A stretch of DNA of 63,447 bases, the filler included. It is 5 parts of 5 records of this genome, joined end to end, with 100 filler letters (N's around TTAATTAATTAA, not from the genome) between each part and the next. Parts side by side here need not be neighbours in the genome. Positions count along the whole stretch, not along the records: positions 38,680 to 48,378 come from DRR378314_2141; positions 48,479 to 57,073 come from DRR378314_2144; 3 more parts are not named here. One strand, given 5' to 3'. A model generated the notes under the pieces. It had not been told where the DNA came from. It ran no database searches and was given only the letters and a program-made list of their open reading frames with translations. Every line of letters begins with the position of its first letter. Within the stretch, counting starts at the first letter, position 1. This document shows, one piece after another, positions 41,532-51,768 of this stretch. Made by a program: the position numbers and the translations under genes.

Positions 41532-42204
41532 CCCGAGCGCGATTCTGTTTCGCGCGGGGAGCTCACGGGGCAACTCCGCGTTGCGCGACGGTCCGTCACT
41601 ACCCCGTGCGCCGCTGTGCGGGACTGGCATACACGACGCAAGTGCATGACCTGCACTCGTCCTGCCCGCGCTGTTGTGCACACCGGCGTGCGATATCTTC
41701 CACTCATAACGTGCGAAGAAGAAGATGCATTTTCACGCTTGTCGTGCCGCTGCCCGCTGAGCGACTAGCCTTGAACGGGATCGAGACGTGGAAAGCTGTT
41801 GCAGGGCAGCGAAGTATAGTAAATTCCAGAGCTCAAGGCACTGCGCACCTGTGAGCGCCACTGCGAGATTCTCGCGCCGTTTTCCGATTGAAGATGGTGC
41901 CGATATAGGAGACGGTGTACGAAAATAGTACAGTCAGAGCGTATATATCGTCGACCAGAAGACTCTGGTATCCTTGGATGTACCTTTCAGGACCTGTGAC
42001 GCACGTTTCCCATAGTAGCAGGGAGACGTGCAGTGTGCCTCGCTCGCACGTGCCGTGGTGGCCGCCCTCCAAAACCAAAGAAATTTGTATAATCTTTTGA
42101 CGCGCAGCGCTGGTGCAACGCGGTCGCTTATCGGCAATGAGTTGCTGACGAAAGCACCTTATTTTTAATTCTTGAACACGGCGCATTGCTGCAGCTGAGC
42201 GAAA

Positions 42205-45200
42205 ATGGCGTCGCGTGAGTTTTCCGAACTCGTCCGGACCATCGGCGAGTCTCGGTCGAAGCAGGAGGAGGACCGAATCATTGCGAAGGAAGTCGTCGTG
42301 CTCAAGGAACGTTTTCGTTCTCGCGATGTGACGCCACGACGGATGCGCGAGTTTATTGTGCGAGCGCTCTATATTGAAATGCTCGGTCACGATGCGGAGT
42401 TTAGTTTCATTCACGCGGTGAACTTGACGCAACAGCACACGTTGCACGAGAAGCGCGTCGGATATCTAGGAGCTCAAGTCATGCTCGATTCATCGCACGA
42501 GCTGATGCTCCTTATGGTGAACTCGCTGCAGCGCGATATTCAGTCGGCGAATATCCTCGAGGCGAGTGCGGCGCTCACGGCACTTTGCCGGCTTGCAAAC
42601 GCCGAGACGATACCGCCTCTCCTTGGCCCAGTAACCAACGCTGTGTCGCATCGGTCCCCGCTGGTGCGAAAGAAGGCCGTTATGGCACTGCATCGCTTCT
42701 GGCAAGTTGACGCCAGTGCCGTGGAGCACCTAGAGGAGAAGTTCAAGGCCGCACTCTGCGATCGCGATCCATCTGTTATGGCTGCGTCGCTGGCTGCGTT
42801 CGACGAGCTCACGGCAGCCGATGCCGCACCTTTTAAAGCGCTGGTTCCCTCGTTTGTGTCGATCCTGAAGCAGGTCGGCGAGCGTCGTTTGCCCCCAGAC
42901 TACGAGTACCATCGCATTCCCGCACCGTGGATCCAAATCAAGCTGATGCGCCTTCTGTCTCGCCTTGGGCACGCGGACCAAAAGGCGAGCGAAGAGATGT
43001 ATGGCGTCCTGCGCGACACACTCCGTCGTGCAGACAGTGCCGCCTCCATGGGCCCTGGGAGTGGCGGAGCGATAGCGTTCGCCGTCGTGTACGAGGCCGT
43101 TCGCACAGTTGCGACCATTTATCCCAGCCACGAGGTTCTCGCCGATGCAGCGAAGACGATCAGCAAATTCGTTTCTTCGTCAAAGAATAACCTCAAGTAC
43201 CTGGGCGTGGATGCGCTAGCGCGCATTGTGCTGGTGAACCAGAAGTACGCGGCGGAGCATCAAATGGTGGTGATCGAATGCCTGGAAGACCCCGATGAGA
43301 CGCTGAAGCGCAAAACTCTTGATCTTCTCTACAAGATGACGAACCCGAAAAATGCATCGTTCATTGTCAAGAAGCTTCTGACGTACTTGCGCTCCACCGT
43401 CGATGTGTATCTGCGACGCGATCTTGTGTCGCGGGTCACGCAGCTTGCAGAACGCTTCGCCCCGTCGCCGTCGTGGTTTATCGACACGGTCAATAGCGTC
43501 TTCGAGTTGGGAGGCTCGCTGGTGCGCGACGATGTCCCGCACTCGCTCTTGCGACTGTTGGCCGAAGGCGAGGGCGAAAGCGACGAGGAAGATGATGCGC
43601 TTAGGCGGTACGCGGTGCAGTCGTACCTGGATATGATCGAGTCGCGGCCGGTTCTCGAAGACACACTTGTGCAGGTGATCGCGTGGACTCTGGGTGAGTA
43701 CGGCTACCTCAGCAACGAGTCCCACTCTCCTGAGGATATCATGTACGCCCTGGTAGAGGTCGCAGAGCGCTCGCTGGATCGCGCAGACACGCGCCTGTGG
43801 ATCATCGACGCGCTCGCTAAAATCGTGGCGCAGGTCGGAGCAGCTCCGGACGCGGTTCGTGAACTCTTCACAAAGTATGGGCAATCGCGCGATGTTGCGC
43901 TCCAGCAGCGCTGCCAGGAAGCTCTCGCTCTCTGCGCGCGCATCCCGTGCACGCAACACGTGCTCCCCGTGGACGCGAGCTGCGAAGATATCGAGGTTGA
44001 CCCGTCACTGTCGTTCTTGAACGCGTATGTGCAACAGGCGGTAAACGCAGGCGCCCGGCAATATGTTCCGCCCGAGCGCCGTGCCGATGAGCTAATTCCG
44101 ACGGTCGAGCGCCGCGTCCTGAGCGGACGCGCGGGCGACGACGGCGGCGACGGGAAGCACAAACTGCGCTTTGAGGCGTACGCCGCTCCGCAGCGCGTTG
44201 GTGCGGCCAAGGTTGCGTCCGTTACCGTCCCGGGAGTCGATATGTCGCGCTACGGCGGTACATCAGACCAAAGCAGTGCTGCCTCTTCGTCCAACGCGTC
44301 GGCTGCCGCAACGCTTGCGTCGCCTTCGGCAACGGCGTCGGGCTTGCGCGCGGCTGGGGCGCGAAAGCGCTGGGGCGCAGGTGGCCTCCAGGGCGGCGCC
44401 ACGCCTGAACCCGCCCCTGCGCCGGCCCCCGCTCCAGCACGCGATCCTCTGCCTAGCACGGGTCAACAGGGATCATCTTCGATAAGCTCCCACAGCGCGT
44501 CGGCGCGTGGTTCGGAATCTGGGCTGTCGCCGCTGTACGGGCTCCGCTCCGGGAACGATCGAGGGGCTGGCGGAAGCCAGGCGGGTGGATTCTCGCGCGC
44601 GGAGAACCACAGTCGCGCTCCGCGCCGAGAGCCGGAGCTCACCGAGGAAGACCGCCGTCGCCAGCAGATGGCAGCACAGCTCTTTGGCGGGATGGACGAT
44701 GATAACAGTCCGCAAAACTCACCAAAGCCAGTACGAGGAGGTGCAGGGCGGTCGTCGGTGGGACGGAGCGCTGACCAGCCGCGCCAGCAGCGGGCGCGCG
44801 CGCCTAGTGCGGAGGTCCGGAGTGAAACGGCGAACCCGCCCTCGAACATTGCTCCGCCATCCAGTCAGCAGGTATGTTGCGAATACTGCGACATGAGGCA
44901 ACGATTGTCCGTATGTAGATCCTATGCATAAGATTGCCGGCGTACTGTCCGTCAGCTTGGCTTCGTCGAAGCGCATCTGCGGAAGCCCTGTTGCCGTTGC
45001 CGTTTGCGCCAGGTTGCCGCGGATCTCTTCGGTATCGCTGGAGAGTATGGATCTCCCGTCGCTTTGCTTGGTAGCCAATTTCAGCAGCACGATTGTGCGC
45101 TGCGCACCTCTGCTGATCATCGCATATGAAGATTCGTTACGTCGATTTTGCGTTCGTCGAAGTACCGACGATGGCGCGCGATTTGAAAGTGAACCGCACT

Positions 45201-48119
45201 TCTCGTTTAGGGCAGATCTACTCCGTGCGTATGCGCCTGTCGTTTGTTGGGCTCTACTGGAGAATGGACGAAACGTTTGCGCACTTGGGCACCATCTTCG
45301 TTTGCTGACATGCTGCTGCCACCACGAACGTGCGGGCTTTCTGTGCCATGTTCCCTATGTATAGCAGGCGGGATCGTCTCTATTGGACCTTGACATTGAG
45401 AGCAACACCGACACAGGAGGCGGAGCGATGGGCGATGCGGATGGAATGGGAGGTGCCAGTTCGAAGCGTACGTTTCCCATCGATTCTCGGCCCTTTCTTG
45501 CTGACCTTGTGGCAGGCTTGTGATTGCGCACAGGCGTTGTCCCTCTTCGGGTAGTGTGCCCAATGCTCCGATGGCGGTCTTTGCTGCGTCTCCTCGTGTA
45601 TTTATCGTCCTTTCCATCCCCCCGGACGCGTTGGATACGTGCGCGTGTGTTGATGCATACTGTCGACTTGCCCTTGGAGCTTGGGCCGAGAAAGCTACTC
45701 TTGTCGCTTCAATTGCTTTTTCGTTGAAAGGGCAGCTGGTATATGGAGCGCTAGCATTGTATGGGGCAAAGGTGTGCATCGCAGGTACTTGGACGCGCGA
45801 AAACAGAGAAAAAATGTGCTGGCAGAGCACCGATGTATGTGTTCGCTGTCCCTGTGTAGTGAGCAGCGATCTGTCAGCATGCAATCCCGTGCGGTGTTGC
45901 AGCGCTGTATGATTGTCTCTTTACATGGTGTTTGTTCGTGTTGCATGCTCCCGATATTGTCGACCGAGCAGCTGCTCTTGCAGATCTGCTGTCCGAGCTG
46001 GGCGGAGAACTGCCAGGTAACCAGGGCGCATCCGGCGCCGGGAGCGCCAGCGGTCCCTCCATGGGGGCTCTGGATCTTCTCAGTGCCGATGACGATGCAA
46101 ATGCGCCGATGAGCGATGGAGTGCTGGAGGCTGCGCCGTCTGCGCTGACGCCGCGGCAGCGGCGGTTCAGTTTCGGGAATCCAAAGTTGGATGCCCTGGT
46201 TGGCGAGGGAAGCGAGGGCGCGCCGATCGTCTCTCTTCCGCTCCCCGTTGCACAAGAGGTGCGGCGCGCGGAGCGCGTGCGTGGCTCCGCGGAGTATGTT
46301 GAGAGAGCTTTTGCTTTATCGCTAGACGAATAGGTCAAATTACGCGCCGAGAGCCTGTCAGTGCAGACGTTGCGGCGAAGGAAAGCGGCGGCGCGGCCGA
46401 ACCGGGATATCCTTCACTAGCTTTCCCTCGCGTATGCTGTCGGTGTCAGGGCAAGACTGGTAGAGGACGCTATACGCGACACCTAGAGCCCCTGCTTCCG
46501 TATTATTATTTTTCGATGGAGCATGGTGGTGTAGTACTGTCGCAACAGATGGCATAGCTCTCTGGTAGAGCTGAGATGCGGGACAATGACTCCGGGCCAA
46601 TGACGCGAGTACGCGAGCAGCGGACGCGCCACGCGGGTCGATATGCTGCGCGCGCTTGCGAAGCTTGTTGGCAAAGCGCATGGATTGTCATTCTACACGC
46701 TTGTGTGAGAATGAACAAGCGGTTTTCTCCGGATGTACCCGCCCTCGTAAATTTCATCGCGTTTGCGCTCGACCGTCTTTCGAAGCTGAATCCTTTCTAC
46801 ATCGTCATTACGTTGTTGTACCATCGCCAGTTTTGAGCTCTCTCGTATGTGCTTCGCACGAGCTTGCAAAGTTGCGATCGAGTTTTGGTTGTCATTGCCG
46901 CGCGTTTCGTTTTTGTTGTCGTTGGCAGTGGTACAAGATGCTGTATTCTCCTGTAGATCGGTGCAGGGAGAGCGATTTCCTTGGGAACAAGGTGGTAGCG
47001 TCGAACGCTTCCCATTCACTTTCGCTGCATACTCATTCCTTTTGTTGAAGAACGGTCATTTTTCCCGGGTTCTCACACCTGTTCTGCGCTTCTGCGCCCG
47101 CGGGGCCGCTTTGATTTTGCGCAGATTGGTGGGCACCCTACTGATGAACCTTCACCTACGCTTGTTGCGAGCGACCGAACTGTGCAAGTCATGGTGCAGA
47201 AGGCATTCAAGGTGTGTGTGCGACTCACCACCCTCGACACGCAGCTATGTCGGTGCAGCGCGATTTCGATTTCACTATTCTTCCGTCTATACCACACCGG
47301 ACCATGTGTCACAGTACCGCAAGAGCGCATGCTGCGCGCTAAGCGCCACTTCTCCGCGCCTGCTGATCGGTTTTCTGCAGCCCGCAGAGCTGCTTCTGGT
47401 TGTGGCGGTCCGAAACAAGAGCGAGACAAAGGCCGTCGAGACGTGTCAGATCGTTTTCGACCCGCCAACTTCGATTCGTGTGCAGTACTTGCCTGCTTCG
47501 GCAGCCGATGTGCGTGGGAATCGGATCGCGTTCAGCGATATTGCTCCGCAGGAGACGGTGCGTTCATGTGCTCCTTGTATGGGCCCCAGCGAAGGAGATG
47601 CCGGCTCTCTGTATGGCCTGGCAATGAAAGCGCACCGCATTCAATGGCAACGCAAATGACGGTATCAAACGGGGCGACTCGGTAGTTTGCGCGTGTGCTG
47701 TTAGTACTATTTAAGGCAAACGTGCACTAGGGAACGCGCTGCCGCTCGTGATCCTTGCAGCGGTGCGACCCGTTTCGGTAGTTGTCGACGTGCATTGCTG
47801 CAGAGCATTCAGATTTGCAGCCGCTGCGGCGAGAGAGCCTCACTGGGCGCACACCCTATGCGCAGTGATACAATCGACCAATACCCTTTGAGGAAGGCAA
47901 AAAGCGTGCAAGGCGAGCTCTGATCTCATATGGATTGTGCATCGCACATGTGTCTGTGTGTGTGTGATTTCTGGTGCAGGTATTTGTTGCCGTTAAGGCG
48001 ACGGTCATCTCGTACGGCGGACTTCGGGACGTCGGCGTGCGTGTGGCGGCCCGTGCGCAAGGAGATCAGGAGCGGCAAGTGACTACCTGTGTTCGCTTGG
48101 GCGCAGGTGATGTTATTCG
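42205..48119 (+). CDS. AP4E1: AP-4 complex epsilon adaptin, multi-exon and 3'-incomplete. Exons 42205-44871, 45368-45467, 45972(or 45984)-46258, 47125-47211, 47381-47557, 47980-48119, then further uncertain sequence to the contig end.
   Basis: Trunk motifs ELVRTIGESRSKQEEDRII, YIEMLGHDA, EKRVGYL, YHRIPAPWIQ, CLEDPDETLKRKTLDLL, LPVDASCED. Downstream exons are GT..AG and phase-consistent (0,1,0,0,0,2), and encode a hinge and appendage-like sequence. Confidence 0.88.
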
Positions 48120-48378
48120 GTATGTTTCTTGCCGTTCAGGTCACGATGCGAGTGCCGGCAGTATGCGTTCTCCAAGTCCCGATCTTTCTACATTGCGCCC
48201 GGTTGCGTCCCGCTTGGGGCTTACCTCCTTTCGGAACGCAAACCAGGTCGACTCTGCAATGGCAGGTGGCGAGCGGTTTTTGCGCCGCTGGGATGAAACC
48301 CCAGCGGAGGTGTTCGTGCAGTCGTTTTATGCTGCGCGCGGGGTGTGCCGGTGTACCGTCCAGTTTGTCGCACAACAT

Positions 48379-48478
48379 NNNNNNNNNNNNNNNNNNNNNN
48401 NNNNNNNNNNNNNNNNNNNNNNTTAATTAATTAANNNNNNNNNNNNNNNNNNNNNNNNNNNNNNNNNNNNNNNNNNNN
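48379..48478. other. Artificial contig spacer
   Basis: N-run/TTAATTAATTAA/N-run. Confidence 0.99.
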
Positions 48479-49036
48479 GTGGCCAAACAGACGATCCTGC
48501 TCTGACGAGGCACTCTGGAGATAGTGAATAGCGCGCAAGTGCACCAAGTGGTAGCCGACAGCGCCCAAGCCAATCACCCCCAATGCAAACAAAAACACCT
48601 GCCATGAAAGCATTGCTAGGTAGCCCAAGCACCCCACCACGATGACCGTATTAGTCAAAATCACCGGCAAGCTAACGAACAGTACCGCCACGTTGTTGCT
48701 GTGCTCGGTAAGCGCCGACTGGATCCGCGCGCTGCCAACACGCTCGAACTGGGCAAAAGGGGTAACGGCCACACACTGGGCGATAAAACTGCGCAATTCA
48801 GCCAGGGCACGCTGCCCCAGCCGCTCAAACAGCGCCGTCGACACCATCCGACAGACCATTAGGGCCAAAGCAATCCCTGCGAAAGCCCAAGCAGCACTGG
48901 CACGGCTAGCGGCATCGCTGTTTAGCGCTGTATTAATTTGGGCTATCAGCAACACGCTGAAAAGCCCCGAGAGAATACTGGCCAGGGCAGCGGCGGTCAT
49001 CAGCCCGCGGGTTCGACGAAACAGATAGGAAAGCAC
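48479..49036 (-). CDS. pvdE: Cyclic-peptide export ABC transporter (PvdE/SyrD-like), 3'-truncated
   Basis: GAGG RBS then GTG 49036; TM domain with QFERVGSARIQSALT and GCLGYLAMLSW motifs; siderophore context. Confidence 0.8.
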
Positions 49037-49082
49037 ATTCACCTCGTTGGAAAGCAATTGAAAACCGGCAGCTACCTTTAAA

Positions 49083-49107
49083 GACGAATCACTCCCGCAA
49101 AAAGTTA
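49083..49107 (-). promoter_or_regulatory. Iron-starvation ECF sigma (PvdS/OrbS-type) promoter for pvdE
   Basis: Minus strand reads TAAC-N17-CGTC. Confidence 0.6.
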
Positions 49108-49120
49108 ACCAATTTTTATG

Positions 49121-49145
49121 TAAACAAGCCTCATTCTCATTCGTC
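49121..49145 (+). promoter_or_regulatory. Iron-starvation ECF sigma (PvdS/OrbS-type) promoter for pvdA
   Basis: Plus strand reads TAAA-N17-CGTC. Confidence 0.7.
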
Positions 49146-49213
49146 ATTAGATAAGGAAGTCAGTAACGCCCTTCGATGTTTTTTTAATTGACACATCAGC
49201 CACGAGGACTCTT

Positions 49214-50506
49214 ATGCATATTCACGACTTGATCGGCATCGGCTTCGGCCCCTCCAATATTGCCCTAGCCATTGCGCTCGACGAACAGCGCCAGGCAGGG
49301 CAAGCGAAGGATGCCTTGTTTATCGAGCGCCAGCCCTGCTTTGCCTGGCATCCGCATATGCTGCTGGAAAATGCCCATATGCAGATTTCCTTCCTCAAAG
49401 ACTTGGTAACGCCGCGCAATCCAGGCAGCCGCTTCAGCTTTCTCAATTACCTCCACAGCAAAGGCCGCCTGCAGGACTTTATCAACCTGCAGACCTTCTT
49501 CCCCAGCCGCCATGAGTTCAATGATTACCTAAGCTGGACGGCCAGCCACTTTGAACACCAGTGCGCCTATGGAGAGGATGTGTTTGAAGTGCTGCCTGAA
49601 ACTGACCACGACGAGGTGGCCTACCTCCGCGTGCGTTCACGGGATGAAAGCGGCGCAGTGCAGGAAAGGCTCACCCGCTCATTAGTGGTCAGCGTCGGTG
49701 GCGCGCCCAATGTGCCTGAATGCTTCGCTGGGCTAAAAGACGACTCGCGGGTCTTCCACTCCAGCCACTACCTTCGTGAACTGGCAAAGCAAGACGCCCC
49801 CAAACGCATCGCTGTGATCGGTGCGGGCCAGAGCGCCGCTGAGATATTTCTCGATCTGCACGGCCGCGAAGGCATTCAGGTGGATCTGATTAGCCGGGCA
49901 TGGGCCTTTAAACCCTCGGACGATAGCCCCTTCGTCAACGAGATATTCAACCCCGAATACACCGACTACGTGTTCAACAACCCCACCGGCCAGCGGGAAG
50001 CACTACTACAGGAGTACAAAAGCACCAACTATTCAGCCCCTGACTTGGCGTTGATCCAGGAAATTTACGATGTGTTCTACCAGCAAAAAGTAACCGGCCA
50101 GGCCCGCCACCGTTTCCGCCGCCGCCATGAGGTTATTGGCAGCGAAGCAGGCCCTGAAGGCGTTGAGCTACTTGTGCGCGATTTGGAGAGCGGCCATACG
50201 GAGCCAACCCGCTACGACGCAGTGGTGTTAGCCACCGGCTATGTACGCGACACCCATAAACGGCTGCTGGCCCCAATAGCTGAGTTCTTGCCGGAATATG
50301 CCGTTAACCGCAGCTACCAGCTCTATACCAAGCCTTCGTTCAAACCGGCGATTTTCCTACAGGGCTGCTGCGAACCCACCCATGGGTTAAGCGACACTCT
50401 GCTGTCGATTTTGGCGGCACGGACAAGTGAGATTTGTGAAGTGCTAAATCAGACAGAAGCCTCTTATGCCACTTCCCCCTGTAAGCAAGCAGCGGCTATA
50501 TCTTAA
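49214..50506 (+). CDS. pvdA: L-ornithine N5-monooxygenase
   Basis: FAD site GIGFGPSN, MQISFLKDL, NADPH site GAGQSAAE, LKP-like FKPSDDSPFVNE, LATGY, HGLSDTLLS. Confidence 0.93.
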   Translation: MHIHDLIGIGFGPSNIALAIALDEQRQAGQAKDALFIERQPCFAWHPHMLLENAHMQISFLKDLVTPRNPGSRFSFLNYLHSKGRLQDFINLQTFFPSRHEFNDYLSWTASHFEHQCAYGEDVFEVLPETDHDEVAYLRVRSRDESGAVQERLTRSLVVSVGGAPNVPECFAGLKDDSRVFHSSHYLRELAKQDAPKRIAVIGAGQSAAEIFLDLHGREGIQVDLISRAWAFKPSDDSPFVNEIFNPEYTDYVFNNPTGQREALLQEYKSTNYSAPDLALIQEIYDVFYQQKVTGQARHRFRRRHEVIGSEAGPEGVELLVRDLESGHTEPTRYDAVVLATGYVRDTHKRLLAPIAEFLPEYAVNRSYQLYTKPSFKPAIFLQGCCEPTHGLSDTLLSILAARTSEICEVLNQTEASYATSPCKQAAAIS

Positions 50507-50683
50507 TTTTCACCTATTCACTTTTATAAAACGTACCTGTGGTCAGGCCACCTCTTGGCCACTGGGCGTGGCAATTAGATGCGGCTCTTCAATACGTTCT
50601 TGGTTAGAGCACAGGCGTTGAATCAGCATGGCTAACGCACCTTAAGACCACCACCATCTACTATTAAAAAGCATGGGTAAAAC

Positions 50684-51529
50684 ATGTCTAAACTAAAACT
50701 GGCTTATATCCTGTCACTGAGAAATGCTGCAGCCGATAAAGCGGGGCAATACATTGAGTATAAGGGGGAGAAACAGTACATGATGTCCCCTCTTGAGTAT
50801 CTGGTGACATCTCTCAACGAGACTCCGCTAGGCGATGCCTACTCTCTGGAAACAGTGATTTATGATGACGATGAAGGCTCAATCAAAGATCAAGAGAAGC
50901 TCAAAGACTATGGCTTCTGTCGTCAACTTGGAAAGCCATGGATCTTGCCACAAGAACTCTCTATACAGGATCGCCACATTGACGATCTTTTCTATTCTAT
51001 ACCATCCACTTACCGACGCTTACCAATCGATTCCCTCGATAGACCCCTTGCGAAATCAACTTTCGAAAAAAGCTTGCTAGAGAAGTTAGCCGCCGTAGGG
51101 GCTGACGTCGTCGTTCTTGACGGGCTATTAGTCATCTTAGACGAACTTATCCGCCCCCAGAGCCCTTTTTATCGCAAGATCGTCAATATACATCCCGGTA
51201 TTACACGCCAAGGATCTCTTTACCAAAGGCGTGGTGCCTCAGCAACACTCGATGCACTGTATGGAGCTCTGGGAAAAAGAGTTATTAACTGGCAGGCAAT
51301 GGAGACCGAAAGCGTTCCTGCTATCAACAAGACTGGCGCCTCACTCCATTATGTCGACAGCGGAATTGATTCTGGCGAGGTCATCTACGACTTATTAGAA
51401 ACTGATATCGAACCAGATGACTCCATCATTGAATTACGGTGGCGAAACTTCAATAAAAGCCTCTTTCCCACGCTTCACGGGGGGTTGGAAGCTCTAAAAA
51501 ACGATATCGCGGCTTCCTCAACATGCTGA
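50684..51529 (+). CDS. pvdF: N5-hydroxyornithine transformylase (PvdF-like)
   Basis: YILSLRNAAADKAGQ N-terminus, formyltransferase NIHPG and HYVDSGIDSGEV motifs; follows pvdA. Confidence 0.85.
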   Translation: MSKLKLAYILSLRNAAADKAGQYIEYKGEKQYMMSPLEYLVTSLNETPLGDAYSLETVIYDDDEGSIKDQEKLKDYGFCRQLGKPWILPQELSIQDRHIDDLFYSIPSTYRRLPIDSLDRPLAKSTFEKSLLEKLAAVGADVVVLDGLLVILDELIRPQSPFYRKIVNIHPGITRQGSLYQRRGASATLDALYGALGKRVINWQAMETESVPAINKTGASLHYVDSGIDSGEVIYDLLETDIEPDDSIIELRWRNFNKSLFPTLHGGLEALKNDIAASSTC

Positions 51530-51678
51530 ATGAATTGAATAGCCGCAACATTAAATCAGGTAACGGCACTTCATGTTCCCCTATCTGTGAGCACGAAGCC
51601 ATCGCACCATAATCTTAAGCCAATCCTCATTTTTTGATTTTAATTCAGGATTACCCCCTCCCGGATGCCCACACTAAG

Positions 51679-51707
51679 TTGACAGCGATATATTGATATT
51701 CATAATA
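51679..51707 (+). promoter_or_regulatory. Sigma70 promoter overlapped by a Fur box, upstream of the TonB receptor
   Basis: TTGACA-N16-CATAAT; 51689-51707 TATATTGATATTCATAATA matches GATAATGATAATCATTATC at 14/19 positions by hand alignment. Confidence 0.75.
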
Positions 51708-51768
51708 CAAACAATAACAATTAACATTTACATAAAATCAAAATGAACCTCATGCAAGGAGAACATTC

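Noticed and set aside
39900..42150. Possible additional small spliced gene (SelK-like membrane exon near 41850-41995, minus strand) or structured ncRNA/SECIS between GET1 and AP4E
   Set aside because: I could not assemble a convincing start-to-stop model. The hairpin near 40170-40220 lacks the SECIS UGA/GA quartet, and the snoRNA/RNase MRP box matches were incomplete. RNA-seq or an Infernal search would decide.
44872..44931. Track C-terminus of the 908-aa adaptin ORF (VCCEYCDMRQ...)
   Set aside because: Read-through into an intron starting at CAG|GTATGT; the real protein continues in downstream exons
42205..49214. Eukaryotic adaptin next to bacterial siderophore genes as inter-domain gene transfer
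   Set aside because: Separated by an artificial spacer; these are different contigs
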